A stretch of 64,000 bases of DNA from the NCBI RefSeq assembly GCF_009914755.1, contig NC_060928.1, one strand, 5' to 3'. Source of the DNA: the human T2T-CHM13v2.0 reference genome, Homo sapiens. Position numbers and translations under genes: made by a program. This document shows, piece by piece, positions 40,258 to 55,051 of the stretch (the first letter of the stretch is position 1; the number at the start of each line of letters is the position of its first letter). The notes beneath the pieces were generated by a model that did no database searches, was not told the DNA's origin, and saw only the letters and a program-made list of their open reading frames with translations.

Positions 40258-40602
40258 TGATATGGTTTGGCTGCGTCCCCACCCAAATCTCATCTTGAAT
40301 TGTAGCTCCCATAATCCTCATGTGTCATGGGAGATACCTGGTACTAGGTAATTGTATCATGAGGGTAGGTTTTTCTCGTGCTGTTCTCATGATAGTGAAT
40401 AAGTCTCAAGAAATTAGATGGTTTCTTCACATGCTCTCTTGCCTGCCACCGTGTAAGACATGCCTTTGCTCCTCCTTCACCTACCACCATGATTGTGAGG
40501 TCTCCACAGGCATGTGGAACTGTCAGTCCATTAAACTTTTTATTTATAAATTACCCAGTCTTGGATATTTCTTTATTAGCAGTATGAGAACAGACTAATA
40601 CA
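40258..40602 (+). mobile_element. THE1 (THE1B/C) MaLR solo LTR
   Basis: tgatatggtttggctgcgtccccacccaaatctcatcttgaattgtagc ... gagaacagactaataca. Confidence 0.93.
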
Positions 40603-40864
40603 AAAGGAAATTTGGAAAATATTTAAATTACTTCAAGATAAATATGCAAGATCCTATTTTCACTTTAAAAATGAGACCTCTACTTGTTTATTGATTCTGG
40701 ATGAGAAAATAATTAGTGTGGACAATTTTAATTACCAGAATATTTTCTTCTGTGTTGTGTAATATAGAAATTGTGTAAGGGGAATTTGTTATGATTCCCA
40801 TATAGTAATCTTCTTACTAAACTGATTATTAATTTGCTAGTTTTTAGTTTCTAATTTTCAATTA

Positions 40865-41120
40865 ATATTGATATATCATATTAACAGAATGAAAGACAAA
40901 ACCCACAATCACTTCAACAGATGCTAAAAAAGCATTTGCAAAACTTCAATATTCTTTTATGACAAAAACTCTCAAAATATTGAGTATAGAAGAAACATAA
41001 CTCAATATGATAAAACCTGAGTATAGAAGGAACATACCTCCAGGTAATAAAAACTACATATATAAACCCACAACTAGTATCATATTGAATGGGAGAAAAT
41101 GGAAAACCTTTTCTCTAATT
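40865..41120 (+). mobile_element. Isolated L1 ORF2 (RT region) fragment with an internal 37-bp duplication
   Basis: attaacagaatgaaagacaaaa...agatgctaaaaaagcatttg...aaacccacaactagtatcatattgaatggg. Confidence 0.8.
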
Positions 41121-43188
41121 CACTGTGTTTTTATAAATCATAAATATCCCCTCATTATTGTTACTAAGCATAGATATCACTGTCCTATAAAGTATTGCCT
41201 TTTGGTATGCTAAATTGAAGCCTAATGGCATGATAGAGTTTATGCATCTCCTCAAATCCTGAGCTCACTTTTTAGTGGTCATTTACTGGCCTATAGAACT
41301 TATTTCATAAACTTATTCTCGCTATACAAATTTCCATAACAAGAAAATGCAACATATACTTTATATATTACATTTTATCCTGCCCAGCAAACACGCAGTT
41401 CTTATGTATAAATGTTAGAGTTGAAAGGACTTTCTGTTTGCTTTGTCTTACCTGCTCTTGCCAGAGCTTCAGCCAAGACGGTTTTCAAAAGTACTTGCTT
41501 TATTCATTTTTGGGAGGTACAAGAAAGTTTAATGTGTTTGAATTATATTTCCTGGATTAATAAAAGTTTGATTTTTTTCTTTTTATTTTTGTGTGAGTTG
41601 GTAAAAAAAAATCTGTTGAAAGTTTGCACAACACTGAGCCATGTAAAAGGTTTTTCTTTTATATGAGTTTACTTCAAGATGGGAAAACCAAAGTTCCAGA
41701 TTTTCCTGATATTAAGAAAAATGCATAGTAAGGACTGCAGGTGTCAGTGGGCCTTTGCGTTAAAATACTTGCTTCCTCCCAAAGGCTTTGTTAAAATTTC
41801 AAATGCCTCAGTAAAAAAGCCTATGTTTGCTTTCTATGAAAATACGTTTAAACATTACATAGGTCTTAATAAGTTAAATGTAATAATAGAGCAAAACCTA
41901 AAAATAGGCAGAATGTATTCAGACTGTAGTCAAAGAACAAATTGAAAATACATGACAATGTAAAGAAGCAATATGAAATTTAAGACCTGTAAATTTACAC
42001 CTTATAATAAAGATGGAAAAAGTAAAAGAGAAGCAGAATTCAATGATATTAGAGGAAGAGCTACTTTGATTAAAATCCATTTGATGCAATCATCTGTAGC
42101 TTTACACTGTTTCTCAATTTACTTTAGTCAACGAATTATTTTGATGAGTATGAAACCACATTCCCTCATTTAATCATATTTAACAATTGCAAATAAATAG
42201 TATACAGAAAAAATGAAAACTATAAAAGATTGAATATGTTTTTTCAAATTTATTTACCCATGACCTATATCATTTATTTCACATACATGCAAAAGACCAT
42301 AAATCAAATATAACAAAATAAATGTCAACAGAATGGAAATGAGACAAGTTAAAAGGAATAAGCATTTTAATTTGTTCTTTTTAAAATGTAATTTGTTGTG
42401 CATGTATGAACTGTCAAAAGCCTTTGATCTTTTCTATTCGAGTCCTCTAGGATTACGTATATATCTGGACATGACCCACTTGAAAAAACCCATTAGGCAA
42501 TAGGTCTAAACATAGTGAAGAACCTTCTTAAAGTAACATGTCTACGAATTGGTAGCTGTAGGGTTCACAAGAATTCCTTCCAGCTTTGTGCAGATTTGTA
42601 AATCTCAAGTTGTATGCTACAGAGCCTGAAAGGCAATTATCAAAGAAATGAGACTTTACTGAATGAACTTTGGCTTGCCTTCTAAGTGACATTTTATAAT
42701 TAACAGTTTTTTTTAATAATGCCTACTGTAAGTATTGGTGATATATTGATATTTCCACAGACTCAACAGCCTATCACCCTCTGCTAGGTACAACCTAAAT
42801 TAATGTAAAATTTCATTTTTCCTTGAAGTGATTACACAATGGTATGTTGGCAAATCCTAAATAATCAGATCTCTAGGGTTTTACTTTTGCTTAAAAGCTC
42901 TGTTCTATAGCATTTCCTGATTTTCATGTTGTAAATATTCCCACAAGGGCTGATTTAGAGCTATCAATGTAACATCACTAAATATGCAATGGGAAAGCCA
43001 GTGGGAACCAGCTTTACCACACCACTATAACATAAGGTTTATCTTTCATCCTTCTGGTAATTATCATCTTGAAGCAACTTTACTTGTCAGTTATTAATAT
43101 TTGGTTCTGGGGAAAGGTAAGTAGAGCGTCACACAATAAGAATCATTAATACTAACCCAGAATATCTCATCTCAAAAACTGACGTGCA

Positions 43189-43638
<450 letters not shown>

Positions 43639-44789
43639 TTATTCCAATAATTTTTTATAAAATATAAGAACAAATTATATTCATCACAACCACAGTCAAA
43701 TACTATTGGAAATGTGATTTTCCTGAATCTAGTATTCCTGCTTTAAAAATCTCTTTGGTCCAGTGATAATCTCTGTTATGCACTGTAACTAATACTTAAA
43801 ACATACTTTCACAATGATTTCAAATCCCTAAAATAGAAACAATAGATGTATTTGCCAATAAAGTAAACTGTTTCCAGTTTGTCAATATGATACTAATGTT
43901 TCAAATTTTTATATTATTCATACCTTATAAACTAGAGTGGTTTAGAAAAAGAAAGTTTTGGTTCTAGTAGAAAAGCAACAGAAATTATTAAAGTAAGTAA
44001 TATGAAGACACAATTTTAAGATTCTAGAGAAAAAAATGCAGGAAAAGTATCACCACAAAGCTTTATAAGTAATTCTGTATTTTCATCCATTTTAATTAAA
44101 TTTATAAATCTCACATTTCCATGTTTCCTAGGTGTCTGAAAATATGCTTACCAAGCCAGAATGTGTATCTAGGTCCTTTACAACTTACCACTACAGCTCT
44201 ACTAATATAATCAAAACCTTTTAAAGATTGCCTAAATTTCAGTCAAACAAAATTTATTTTTGCAAATGATAACACTAAAGTATATAGAAGTACATGTTAA
44301 AATTTATTTAATTAGAATTGAGGACTGTAGCTGGTTTTGTAATTTTGACATGAATAGCATGCAAAGAAAAAATTACTACTAGAAAACTTTTCAATTGATT
44401 TTCCTTCTAGACATGCAGTTTTCTTGTACTGTTTTAAAATATATAGACTATGTCCAAAACAAAATTTAAAACTGAGTAAGAATGTTTATGTTATGTGCTT
44501 CGTTAGTTGTAGCAATTACTTCAATAATATTTTCTTGAAATAACAATTTACAAAATTATGGGAGTTTTACTAACTTATTGCCTTGAATATCTTAATGTTC
44601 CCAAATGTCTACGACCTCACTCCCTTTAATTATGTTTTACACAGACATTCTCTAGCTCATTCTTTCACGCAGATTTTAGGCAACAAGAAGCAAATATGTG
44701 AACTTTTTTTTAAAAAATAAGACTTTTGTAATAATTCTATTCAAGACTTTTCAAGAGCTATAAATTGTAAAACCATGGGTCAAACAATC

Positions 44790-44853
44790 AAATGAAGGCA
44801 TTTTTGTTCCACAACCTATTTAAATGAAGGCATTTTTGCTCCACAGCCTATTT
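44790..44853. repeat. 32-bp tandem duplication (2 mismatches)
   Basis: aaatgaaggcatttttgttccacaacctattt / aaatgaaggcatttttgctccacagcctattt. Confidence 0.9.
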
Positions 44854-45199
44854 CCAATTTCAGAGAAAAAAAATAAAAATTCTAAAAATTACCTACTTTT
44901 TTCAAAGAAAAAAATGGATGCAACTAAAACTCAATAACCCTATAGGGCACCTGACCACTAATGTGAAGTTTGAATGAACACAAGGTACCAGCTTCCAAAG
45001 TAAACCATTTATTGACATGATATTAGGGATAATAAACCCTCATAACACCTGCAGACCAAGACAGCTGCCCATGTCTCCACCAGAACATGATGCATGCACA
45101 CTTATACACATACACCACACCTGTACACAATACACTTTGCCTCACTCAAATGTAACAATCCCAGAGGAATTCATACCTGACTGAGGCTCAAAAAATTTC

Positions 45200-45665
45200 T
45201 AAATTAGAAAAAAAGAAAATAAAAGAGAGAGGCAGAGAACAGCGTAAGCAAAAATCAGATGAAGAACATATAATAAAAGTAATTAATCAATGAAATCATG
45301 ACTATTTTAGAAAAAAATGTATTTTATTTTAGTATCAAAGAAAATTGCAGACACTATGACTTCTCCCTTAAGACCAAAAAAAGGAGGGGTACAAAAATGA
45401 AATACAATGGTTCAGGGAAGAGATTACAATATAGCAAATAGAGAAAATATGGTTGATTTCATTCAGGAAAGATGAAATAAAAGAAATTGCAGAGAATAAA
45501 ATTACTTTATAAAAATGGCTAAAATTAGAAGCACAGAAGCTGAGCTTGTGAAAACCTGGGCAACAAAACAAAACAAAATTAGGAAAACAAATTGAATAAG
45601 TTGATAAAAGATGATAGATAAGACAGAGAAAAGAAGTTGAATATACGCATATACTGGTGTTCTAT
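45200..45665 (+). mobile_element. Very old L1/HAL1 ORF1-like A-rich remnant
   Basis: A-rich sense strand; aaagatgatagataagacagagaaaagaagttgaatatacgcatatactggtgttc resembles the ORF1 region. Confidence 0.4.
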
Positions 45666-46291
45666 TTTAAAAAGAATATTGTATATATTTAAAGTGCACA
45701 CGATATTTTAATAGACATACACATAGTGAAATGATTCATTACAGTCAAGCAAATTAAGATATCAATCACCTTCCACAGTTACTATGTGTGTGCGTGTGTG
45801 TGTGTGCGTGTGATGTATGGTGAGAGCACCCAAAATCTACTCTCTTGGTAAATTTTCAGTATACAATACAGTATTACTAACTATAGCCTGCATGCTCTAC
45901 ATTGGAGCTCCAGACTTCTTCATCTTATATGACTACAAGTTTGTACTTTTTGACCTGTATATCCACATTTTCTCTCCCTCTTCTCCTCTGTAACAATTAT
46001 TCTATTCTGTTTCTTTGTATTCTACTTTTCTTAGGTTCTACATATAAATGATATCATGCAGTGTTTTTATTTCAGTGTCTACTTTATATCACTTAATGAA
46101 ACATCCTCCAAATTCATCCATGTTGTTGCAAATGGCTGTTTCTCCCTTTTTTAACGCAGAATAATACTCCATTTGGTGTATGTGCATGTGTGTATGTATA
46201 TATGTATATGTACACCTATGTGTATATATAGGTATATATGTATAAATATATGCATATAAATATATATTTATGCTAAAATTTATCCACTCAG

Positions 46292-46599
46292 GGCTGGTGT
46301 GGTGGCTCACAACTGTAATCCCAGCACTTTGGGGGGCCCAGGTGGGTGGATCACTTGAGCCCAGGAGTTTAAGACCAGCCTGGGCAACATCATAGGGAGA
46401 CCCTGTCTTTACAAAAAATACAAAAAAAAAAGAAATAGCTGGCTGTAGTGATGCATGCCTATAGTCCCAACTCCTTGGGGGGCTGAGATGGGAGGATAGC
46501 TTGAACCCCACAGCGGAGGTGGCTGTGAGCCGGAGATCGGCCACTGCACTCCAGCCTAGGTGACAGAGTGAGAGTGAGACCCTGTCTCAAAAAAAAAAA
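46292..46599 (+). mobile_element. AluJ
   Basis: cacttgagcccaggagtttaagaccagcctgggcaacat, gggaggatagcttgaacc; A tail. Confidence 0.92.
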
Positions 46600-46842
46600 T
46601 CTATCAGTGGACACAGATTGTTTTCATATTTTGGCTATTATGATAATGCTGCAAAGAGCAGGGGAACACAAATATCTCTATGAGGTGCTAGTTTATTTTA
46701 TTTTTTTCAGGGGATGGTTGGTCATTTGGCGGCTCAAATTTAATTCTGGAAGGAACCTCTATACTCTTTCCATAATGGCTTTACCAATTTACATTCCCCT
46801 CAACGGGGTACAGAGGTTCTCTTTTCTTCACACGTTGGCCAG

Positions 46843-47790
46843 TTTCTCAAAATGCAGCTCAAAAAGTTGGAATGTTAGATGTGTGTTTCAGGGCCTTCTA
46901 TCCTTGGGGTGAATCTGAGAGCTGGGGTTTATCTGACATTCATTCTGCACTAAGCCTGGGAGAGAATCTGTGGCAAATCCTTTCACTCTGGTGCAGACTG
47001 CACACTCTGAGCCTGGGGAGATGGCCGATGGAAATGCGCTTATTTAGAAACCTTTTCTTTGTTGTCTGCATTCTAGGGAGATTCACGGAGGCAGAGCCCC
47101 ATCATCAGAATAAGGTGACTTAGGAACTGGCTCTTGGATGGGAACTATTAAAGTTGAGGTGCCTGATGCATGCAAAAACTCTTTTCAAGAAGAATCTGCA
47201 ATCCTGCTTTCATTCCTGTAGGAAGCTGGTGGGGAGAAAGCACCGAATGTACCCACATACTACCTATTCGGGCTCCTGGAGCTCACTGTATACCTGCCCT
47301 ATCTGTTCCACTTCCAGATGCAGGCTCATTAGAAGCCCAGCCCTCAGGCAGCAGCTGGGAAAGTATGCTGACAAACCCATTTTAGGGAGAAACTGAGAGC
47401 TGGGTATTCTATCCCGTTCTCTCTGCACTGATCCTGGGGTAGTACAGCTGGAGGTGCACATGCACTCACTTAAAACCACCTCTTGTGGGTGATCTTTTCC
47501 ACTCTCGGAGTTAGGTGATTAAGAGTCATACCCGCGGTGGAGGGGAACTGCAAAACTTGGGATGCTCTATCTATGGTGCAATCCCTTCATTGGTCGGGGA
47601 GAAGCTGGGACTTTGAGAATTCCTTCCCATTGTACTGAGCTGTGGTTGGGGTGGGGGTGTTGCCTCACTTTTCAAGCCCTTTTGGCGTGGATAGTTTCTC
47701 AGTTGCCCAGTGTGTGGAAGTCTCTCAACTAGATTCCAGCTTTCTCTCCGAGGTATCTGATGTATGTGTAGATGTTTATTTTCTGTGTTT
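46843..47790 (-). mobile_element. L1M-type 5'UTR-like segment embedded in the L1MA 3' region
   Basis: GC-richer block with recurring gagaaactgagagctggg / gaatctgagagctgggg / gagaagctggga motifs resembling L1M 5' repeat units. Confidence 0.5.
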
Positions 47791-47812
47791 GCCTATTTTT
47801 AAAGTCAGATGA

Positions 47813-48155
<343 letters not shown>

Positions 48156-49414
48156 TCTTATATATTTTTGATATTAACCCCTTATCAAATACGTAACTTG
48201 CAAATATTTTCTCTAATTTCATAGATTGTCTCTTCACTCTGTTTATTGTTTTGTTGTTGTTTGTTTGTTTTTGCTGTGCAGAAATTTTTTAGTTTGATGT
48301 ACTACTTGTTTGTCTTTGCTTTTGTTACTTGTAATTTTCAGGTCATATTTTAAAAATAATTGTCAAAACCAGTGTCAAGGAGTTTTTTCCTTATGGTTTT
48401 GTTTAGGAATTTTATACTTTCAGGTCTCACATATAAGTTTATTTTTAGTTAATTTTTGTATATGGTGTATGATAAGATTCAGTTTTATTCACTGGAATGT
48501 GGATAACCATTATTGCCAACACTATCAATTGACAATACTATACTTTTCCCCATTATGTTCTCTTTATGCCATTGTCAAAGATTAGTCGACTATACACTTA
48601 TGGGTTTCTCTTTTCTTTATTCTCTTATATTTTTCTATGTGTTTTTTTTAATGCTAGTAGCATACTGTTTTTAGTAGTATAGCTTTGTAATATAGCTTGA
48701 AAGCAGGAAATGTGATGTCTGCAGCTGTGATCTTCTTTCTCAAGATTGCTTTAGCTATTTGAAATCTTTTGTAATACTGTATAAATTTTAGGATTGTTTT
48801 TCTTTTTCTGTGAAAAATGTCATTGGGATTTTGATAGTGATTGCACTGAACTGTTAGATCATTTTGGGTAGTATGGACATTTAAACAATAGTAATTCTTC
48901 CAATCCAAGAGCATAAGACATCTTTCCATTTATTTCTATCTCCTTCAATTTCTTTTATAGATTTTAATGTAAAAATCTTTCTGCTCTTTGGTTAAATTTA
49001 TTCATAAGTATTTCATTTTTATTTGTGGTAGTTTAAGTAGGATTCTTTTTCTTTTTTAAATTTATTTCAATTGGTTTTGGGGGAACAGGTGGTGTTTGCT
49101 TACATGAATATGTTCTTTAGTGGTGATTTCTGAAATTTTGGTGCACCCATCTCCCGAGCAGTGTACACTGTACCCAGTGTATAAACTTTAATCCCTCACC
49201 TGCCTCCCACCCTTTCCCTGAGTCCCCAAAGTCCATTGTATTATTCTTATGACATTGCATTCTCATAACTTAACTCTCACTTATGAGTGAGAATATAGGT
49301 GTTTGGTTTTCCATTTCTGAGTTAATACACTTAGAATAATGGTCTTCAATTCCATCCAGGTTGCTGCAGATGCCATTATTTTGTTCCTTTTTATGGCTTA
49401 TCAGTATTCTATGG

Positions 49415-49450
<36 letters not shown>

Positions 49451-50622
49451 TTATATATATATTCAGGTAATATACATATTATATATATATATATATATCA
49501 CATTTTCTTTATCCAGTCATTGATTGATGGTTCTATATTTTTTCTACTCATTGATTGATGGTTCTATATTGGGCTGATTATATATTTTTGCAATAGTGAA
49601 TTGTGCTGCTATAAACATGCATGTGCAAGTATCTTTTTTGTATAATGACTTATTTTCCTCTGGATAGATACTCAGTAGTGGGACTGCTGGATCAAATGGT
49701 AGATTTACTTTTAGTACTTTAAGGAATCTCCACACTGTTTTTTATAGTGGTAGTTGTACTAGTTTACATTTCCACCAACAGTGTAAAAGTGTTCCATTTT
49801 TACCACTTCAACCAACATCTATTTTTTTTTATTTTTTTATTATGACCATTCTTGCAGGAGTGAGATGCTATCACATTGTGATTTCAATTTGCATTTCCCT
49901 TATAATTAGTGATGTTAAGCATTTTTTCATATGTTTGTTGGCCATTTGTATATCTTCTTTTGAGAATTGTCTATTCATGTCCTTAGCCCACTTTTTAATG
50001 GGATTGTTTGCTTTGTTCTTGCTGATTTGCTTAAGTTCCTTGTAGCTTTTGGATATTAGTCCTTGTTGGATGTATAGATTGTGAAAATTTTCTCCCACTG
50101 TGTGGGTTGTCTGTTTACTTTGCTGATTATTTCTTTTGTTGTGCTGAAGGTTTTTAGTTTAATTAAGTCCCATCTATTTATCTTTGTTTTTTGTTGTGTT
50201 TGCTTTTGGGATCTTGGTCATGAAGTCTTTGCCTAAGCCAATGTCTAGAAGGGTTTTTCCAATGTTACCTTCTAAAATTTTTATGGTTTCATGTCTTAGA
50301 TTTAAGTCTTTGATCCACTTTGAGTTGTATGGGGTGAGAGGTGAAGATTGAGTTTCATTCTTCTACATGTGGCTTGCACATTATCCTGGGACAATTTGTT
50401 TAACAGAGTGTCCCTTCCCCACTTTATGTTTTTGTTTGCTTTGTGAAAGATCAGTTGACTGTAAGTATTTGGCTTTATTTCTGGGTTCTCTATTCTTTTC
50501 CATTGGTCTTTACACCAATTTTTGTGCCAGTACCATGCTGTTCTGCTGACTATGCCCTTATATTATAGTTGGAAGTTGGGTAGTGTGGTGCCTCAAGATT
50601 GGTTCTTTTTGCTTAGTCTTGA

Positions 50623-50944
<322 letters not shown>

Positions 50945-50960
50945 ATCTTGTTTTAGCCAT

Positions 50961-52270
50961 ACAAATAATCATTCAAGGCTACTATGAACATCTTTATACA
51001 CACAAACTAGAAAACCTGGAGGAGATGGATAAATTCCTTAAAATATACAACACTCATAGATTAAACCAGGAAGAAATAGAAACTCTGAGCAGACCAATAA
51101 TAAGTAGTGATATCGAAATGGTAATTTAAAAGTTATCAACAGGCCAGGACTGGTGGGCTCGCACCTGTAATCCCTGTACTTTGGGAGGCTGAGGTGGGCA
51201 GATCATGAGTTCAGGAGTTCAAGACCAGCCTGACCAATATGGCAAAACCCCATCTCTACTAAAAATAAAAAAATTAGCTGGTCTTGGTGGTATGCACCTG
51301 TAGTCCCAGCCTGAGGCTTCCCGCTTAAACCCAGGAAGTGGAGGTTTCAGTGAGCCAAGATCATGCCACTGTACTCCAGCTTGGGTGAGAGTGAGACTCC
51401 ATGTGGGAAAAAAAAAAAAAAAAAAAGTTAATAACAAAAAAAACCTCCAGGACCAAAATGATTCACAGCTGAATTTTACTAGGCTTTCAAATTAGAATTT
51501 TTACTTTTTCTATTGACAGTATTGCAAAAGATACAAAAAGAGGGAATCCTCCCTAAATCACTTTATGAAGTGGGTATCACCAAAATACCAAAATCAGGAA
51601 AGGACATAACAAAAATATAAAACTGCAGGCCAATATCCCTGACAAACATAGATGCAAAACTCCTCAACAAAATAATAGCTAACTGAATCCAATAGCATAT
51701 CAAAATGATAATCCACAATGATCGTGGGTTTCACATAAGAGAGGCAGGGTTGGTTTTATATCCACAAGACAATAAATGTGATACACTGCATAAACAGAAT
51801 TAAAAACAAAAATCACATGGTCATCTTGATAGACTCAGAAAAAGCATTTGACAAAATCCAGCATCCCTTCATGATTAAAACCCTCAGCAAAATCTACATA
51901 AAAGGGACATACCTTAAGGTAATAAAAGCCATCTATGACAAACCCACAGATAACATTATACTGAATGGGGAAAAGTTGAAAGCATCCCCCCTGAGAACTG
52001 GAACAAGACAAGAATGTCCACTTTCACCACTTCTATTCAACATAGTACTGGAAGTCCTAGCCAGAGAAATCAGACACTAGAAATAAATAAAGGGCATCCT
52101 AAGCAGTAAAGAGGAAGTCAAACTGTTGCTGTTTGCTGATGACATGATCATACACCTAGAAAACCCCAAAGTCTCATCCAAAAAGCTCCTAGAACTGGGA
52201 AATTAATTCAGCAAAGTTTCTGGATATAAAATTAATGTTACCAAATCAGTAGCCCTGCTATAAACCAACA
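50961..52270 (+). mobile_element. Inverted (sense-strand) ORF2 segment inside the L1PB1
   Basis: [23 protein letters not shown]; [19 protein letters not shown]...[21 protein letters not shown]; tttgctgatgacatgat. Confidence 0.9.
51142..51426 (+). mobile_element. AluS with an internal deletion
   Basis: ggccaggactggtgggctc...; TSD aaaagttatcaaca/aaaagttaataaca. Confidence 0.9.
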
Positions 52271-52403
52271 TCTCCATTTATTGGGTAGAATGTTCTGTAA
52301 ATATCTGTTAAGTCCACTTGTTCTAAGGTATAGTTCAAGTTCATTGTTTCTTTATTGGCTGTCTGTCTTGATGACCTGTCTAGTGCTATCAGTGGAGTAT
52401 TGA

Positions 52404-52893
<490 letters not shown>

Positions 52894-54749
52894 TAAAGTT
52901 TGTTTTGTGTGGTGTAAGAATAGCTAATCCTGCTCAGTTTTGGTGTCCATTTGCCTAGAATATCTTTTTCCACTCTTTTACTGTAAGTTTATGTGGGATT
53001 TTATGTGTCAGGTGAGTCTCTTGAAGACAGCAGATACTTGGTTGGTGAATTTTCATCCATTCTGCCATTCTGTATCTTTTAAGTGGAGCATTTCGGTCAT
53101 TTACATTCAACACTAGTATTGAGATATGAGGTGCTATTCTATTCATCTTGCTATTTGTTGCCTGAATAGCTTGTTTTTTTTTTTTTCTTTCATTGTGTTG
53201 TTGTTTTATAGGTCCTGTGAGATTTATGCTTTAAGGAGATTCCATTTTGGTATATTTTGAGGATTTGTTTCAAGATTTAGAGCTCCTTTTAGCCATTCTT
53301 GTAATGCTGGCTTGGTAGTGGTGAATTCTCTCGGCATTTGTTTGTCTGAAAAAGACTGTCTTTCCTTCTAACCTTCATATGCAGGTTAGTTTTGCTAGAT
53401 ACACAATTCTTGATTGATAACTGTTTTGTTTAAGGAGGCTAAAGATAGGGCCCCTATCCCTTCTAGCTTGTAGGGTTTCTGCTGAGAAATCTACTGTTAA
53501 TCTGATAGGTTTTCCTTCATAGGTTACTCGATGCCTCTGCCTCACAGCTCTTAAGATTCTTTCCTTCATCTTGACTTTAGATAACCTGATGACTATGTGC
53601 TTAGGTAATGATCTTTTTGTGATGAATTTCCCAGGTGTTCTTTGAGTTTCTTGTATTTGGATGTCTAGATCTCTAGCAAGGCCAGGGAAGTTTTCCTCAA
53701 ATAATCCCTCAAATATGATTTTCAAACTTTTAAATTTCTTTTCTTCCTCAGGAACACCAATAATTTTTAGGTTTGGTCATTTAACATAATCCCAAATTTC
53801 TTGGAGGCTTTGTTCATTTTTCCAAATTTGTTTTTGTCTTTGTGGGTTTGGACTAATTCAAAACCTTGTCTTCAAGCTCTGAAGTTCTTCTACTTGTTCA
53901 ATTCTATTGCTGAGACTTTCAGTGCATTTTGCAATTCTCTAAGTGTGTTGCGTATTCCCATTGTGATTGTTTTTTATTTATGCTATCAATTTCACTAGAG
54001 ATTTTCCTATTCATACCTTGTATAATTGTTTTGATTTATTTAAGTTGGACTTCACCTTTCTCTGGTGCCCCCTTGATTGGCTTAATAGTTGACCTTCCAA
54101 ATTATTTTTCTGGGAATTCAGAGATTTTGTCTTGGTTTGGATCCATTGCTTGTAAGCTAGTGTGATCTTCTAGGGGTGTTTCAGAACCTTGTTTTGTCAT
54201 ATTACCAAACTTGTTTTTCTGGTTCCTTCTCATTTGGTAGACTGTGTCAGAAGGAAGGTCTGGGACTCAAGGACTGCTGTTCAGATTCTTTTGTTACATG
54301 GGGTACTCCCTTGATGTGGTGCTCTACCCTTTCTCCTAGGGATAGGGCTTCCTGAGATCTGAACTGCAGTGATTGTTATTTCTCTTCTGGATCTAGCCAC
54401 CCAGCAGAGCTACTGGGCTCCAGGCTGGTAATGGGTAGTGTCTGCAAAGAGACCTGTGATGTGATCTGTCTTCAGGTCTCTCAGCCATGGATACCAGCAG
54501 CTGCTTCTGTGGAGGTAACAGGGGAAGTTAAGCGAACTTTATGACGGTCCTTGGTTGTATTTTTGTTAAGCACACTGGTTTTCTGTTGGTTGGCCTCCAG
54601 CCAGGAGGTGGCGCTTTCAAGATTACATCAGCTGCTGTTGTATAGGGAGGATACAAGCTTGCCCTAGGGTAAGGTGGGGCCACAGAGCTTCCAAGGGATT
54701 ATGCCCTTCGTCTTTGGCTACCAGGTTGGGTAGAGAAAGACCATCAGGT

Positions 54750-55051
<302 letters not shown>

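Noticed and set aside
41445-41500. Minus-strand donor CAG|gtaag after a short open stretch (KQVLLKTVLAEALARA)
   Set aside because: In-frame stop immediately upstream and no good acceptor.
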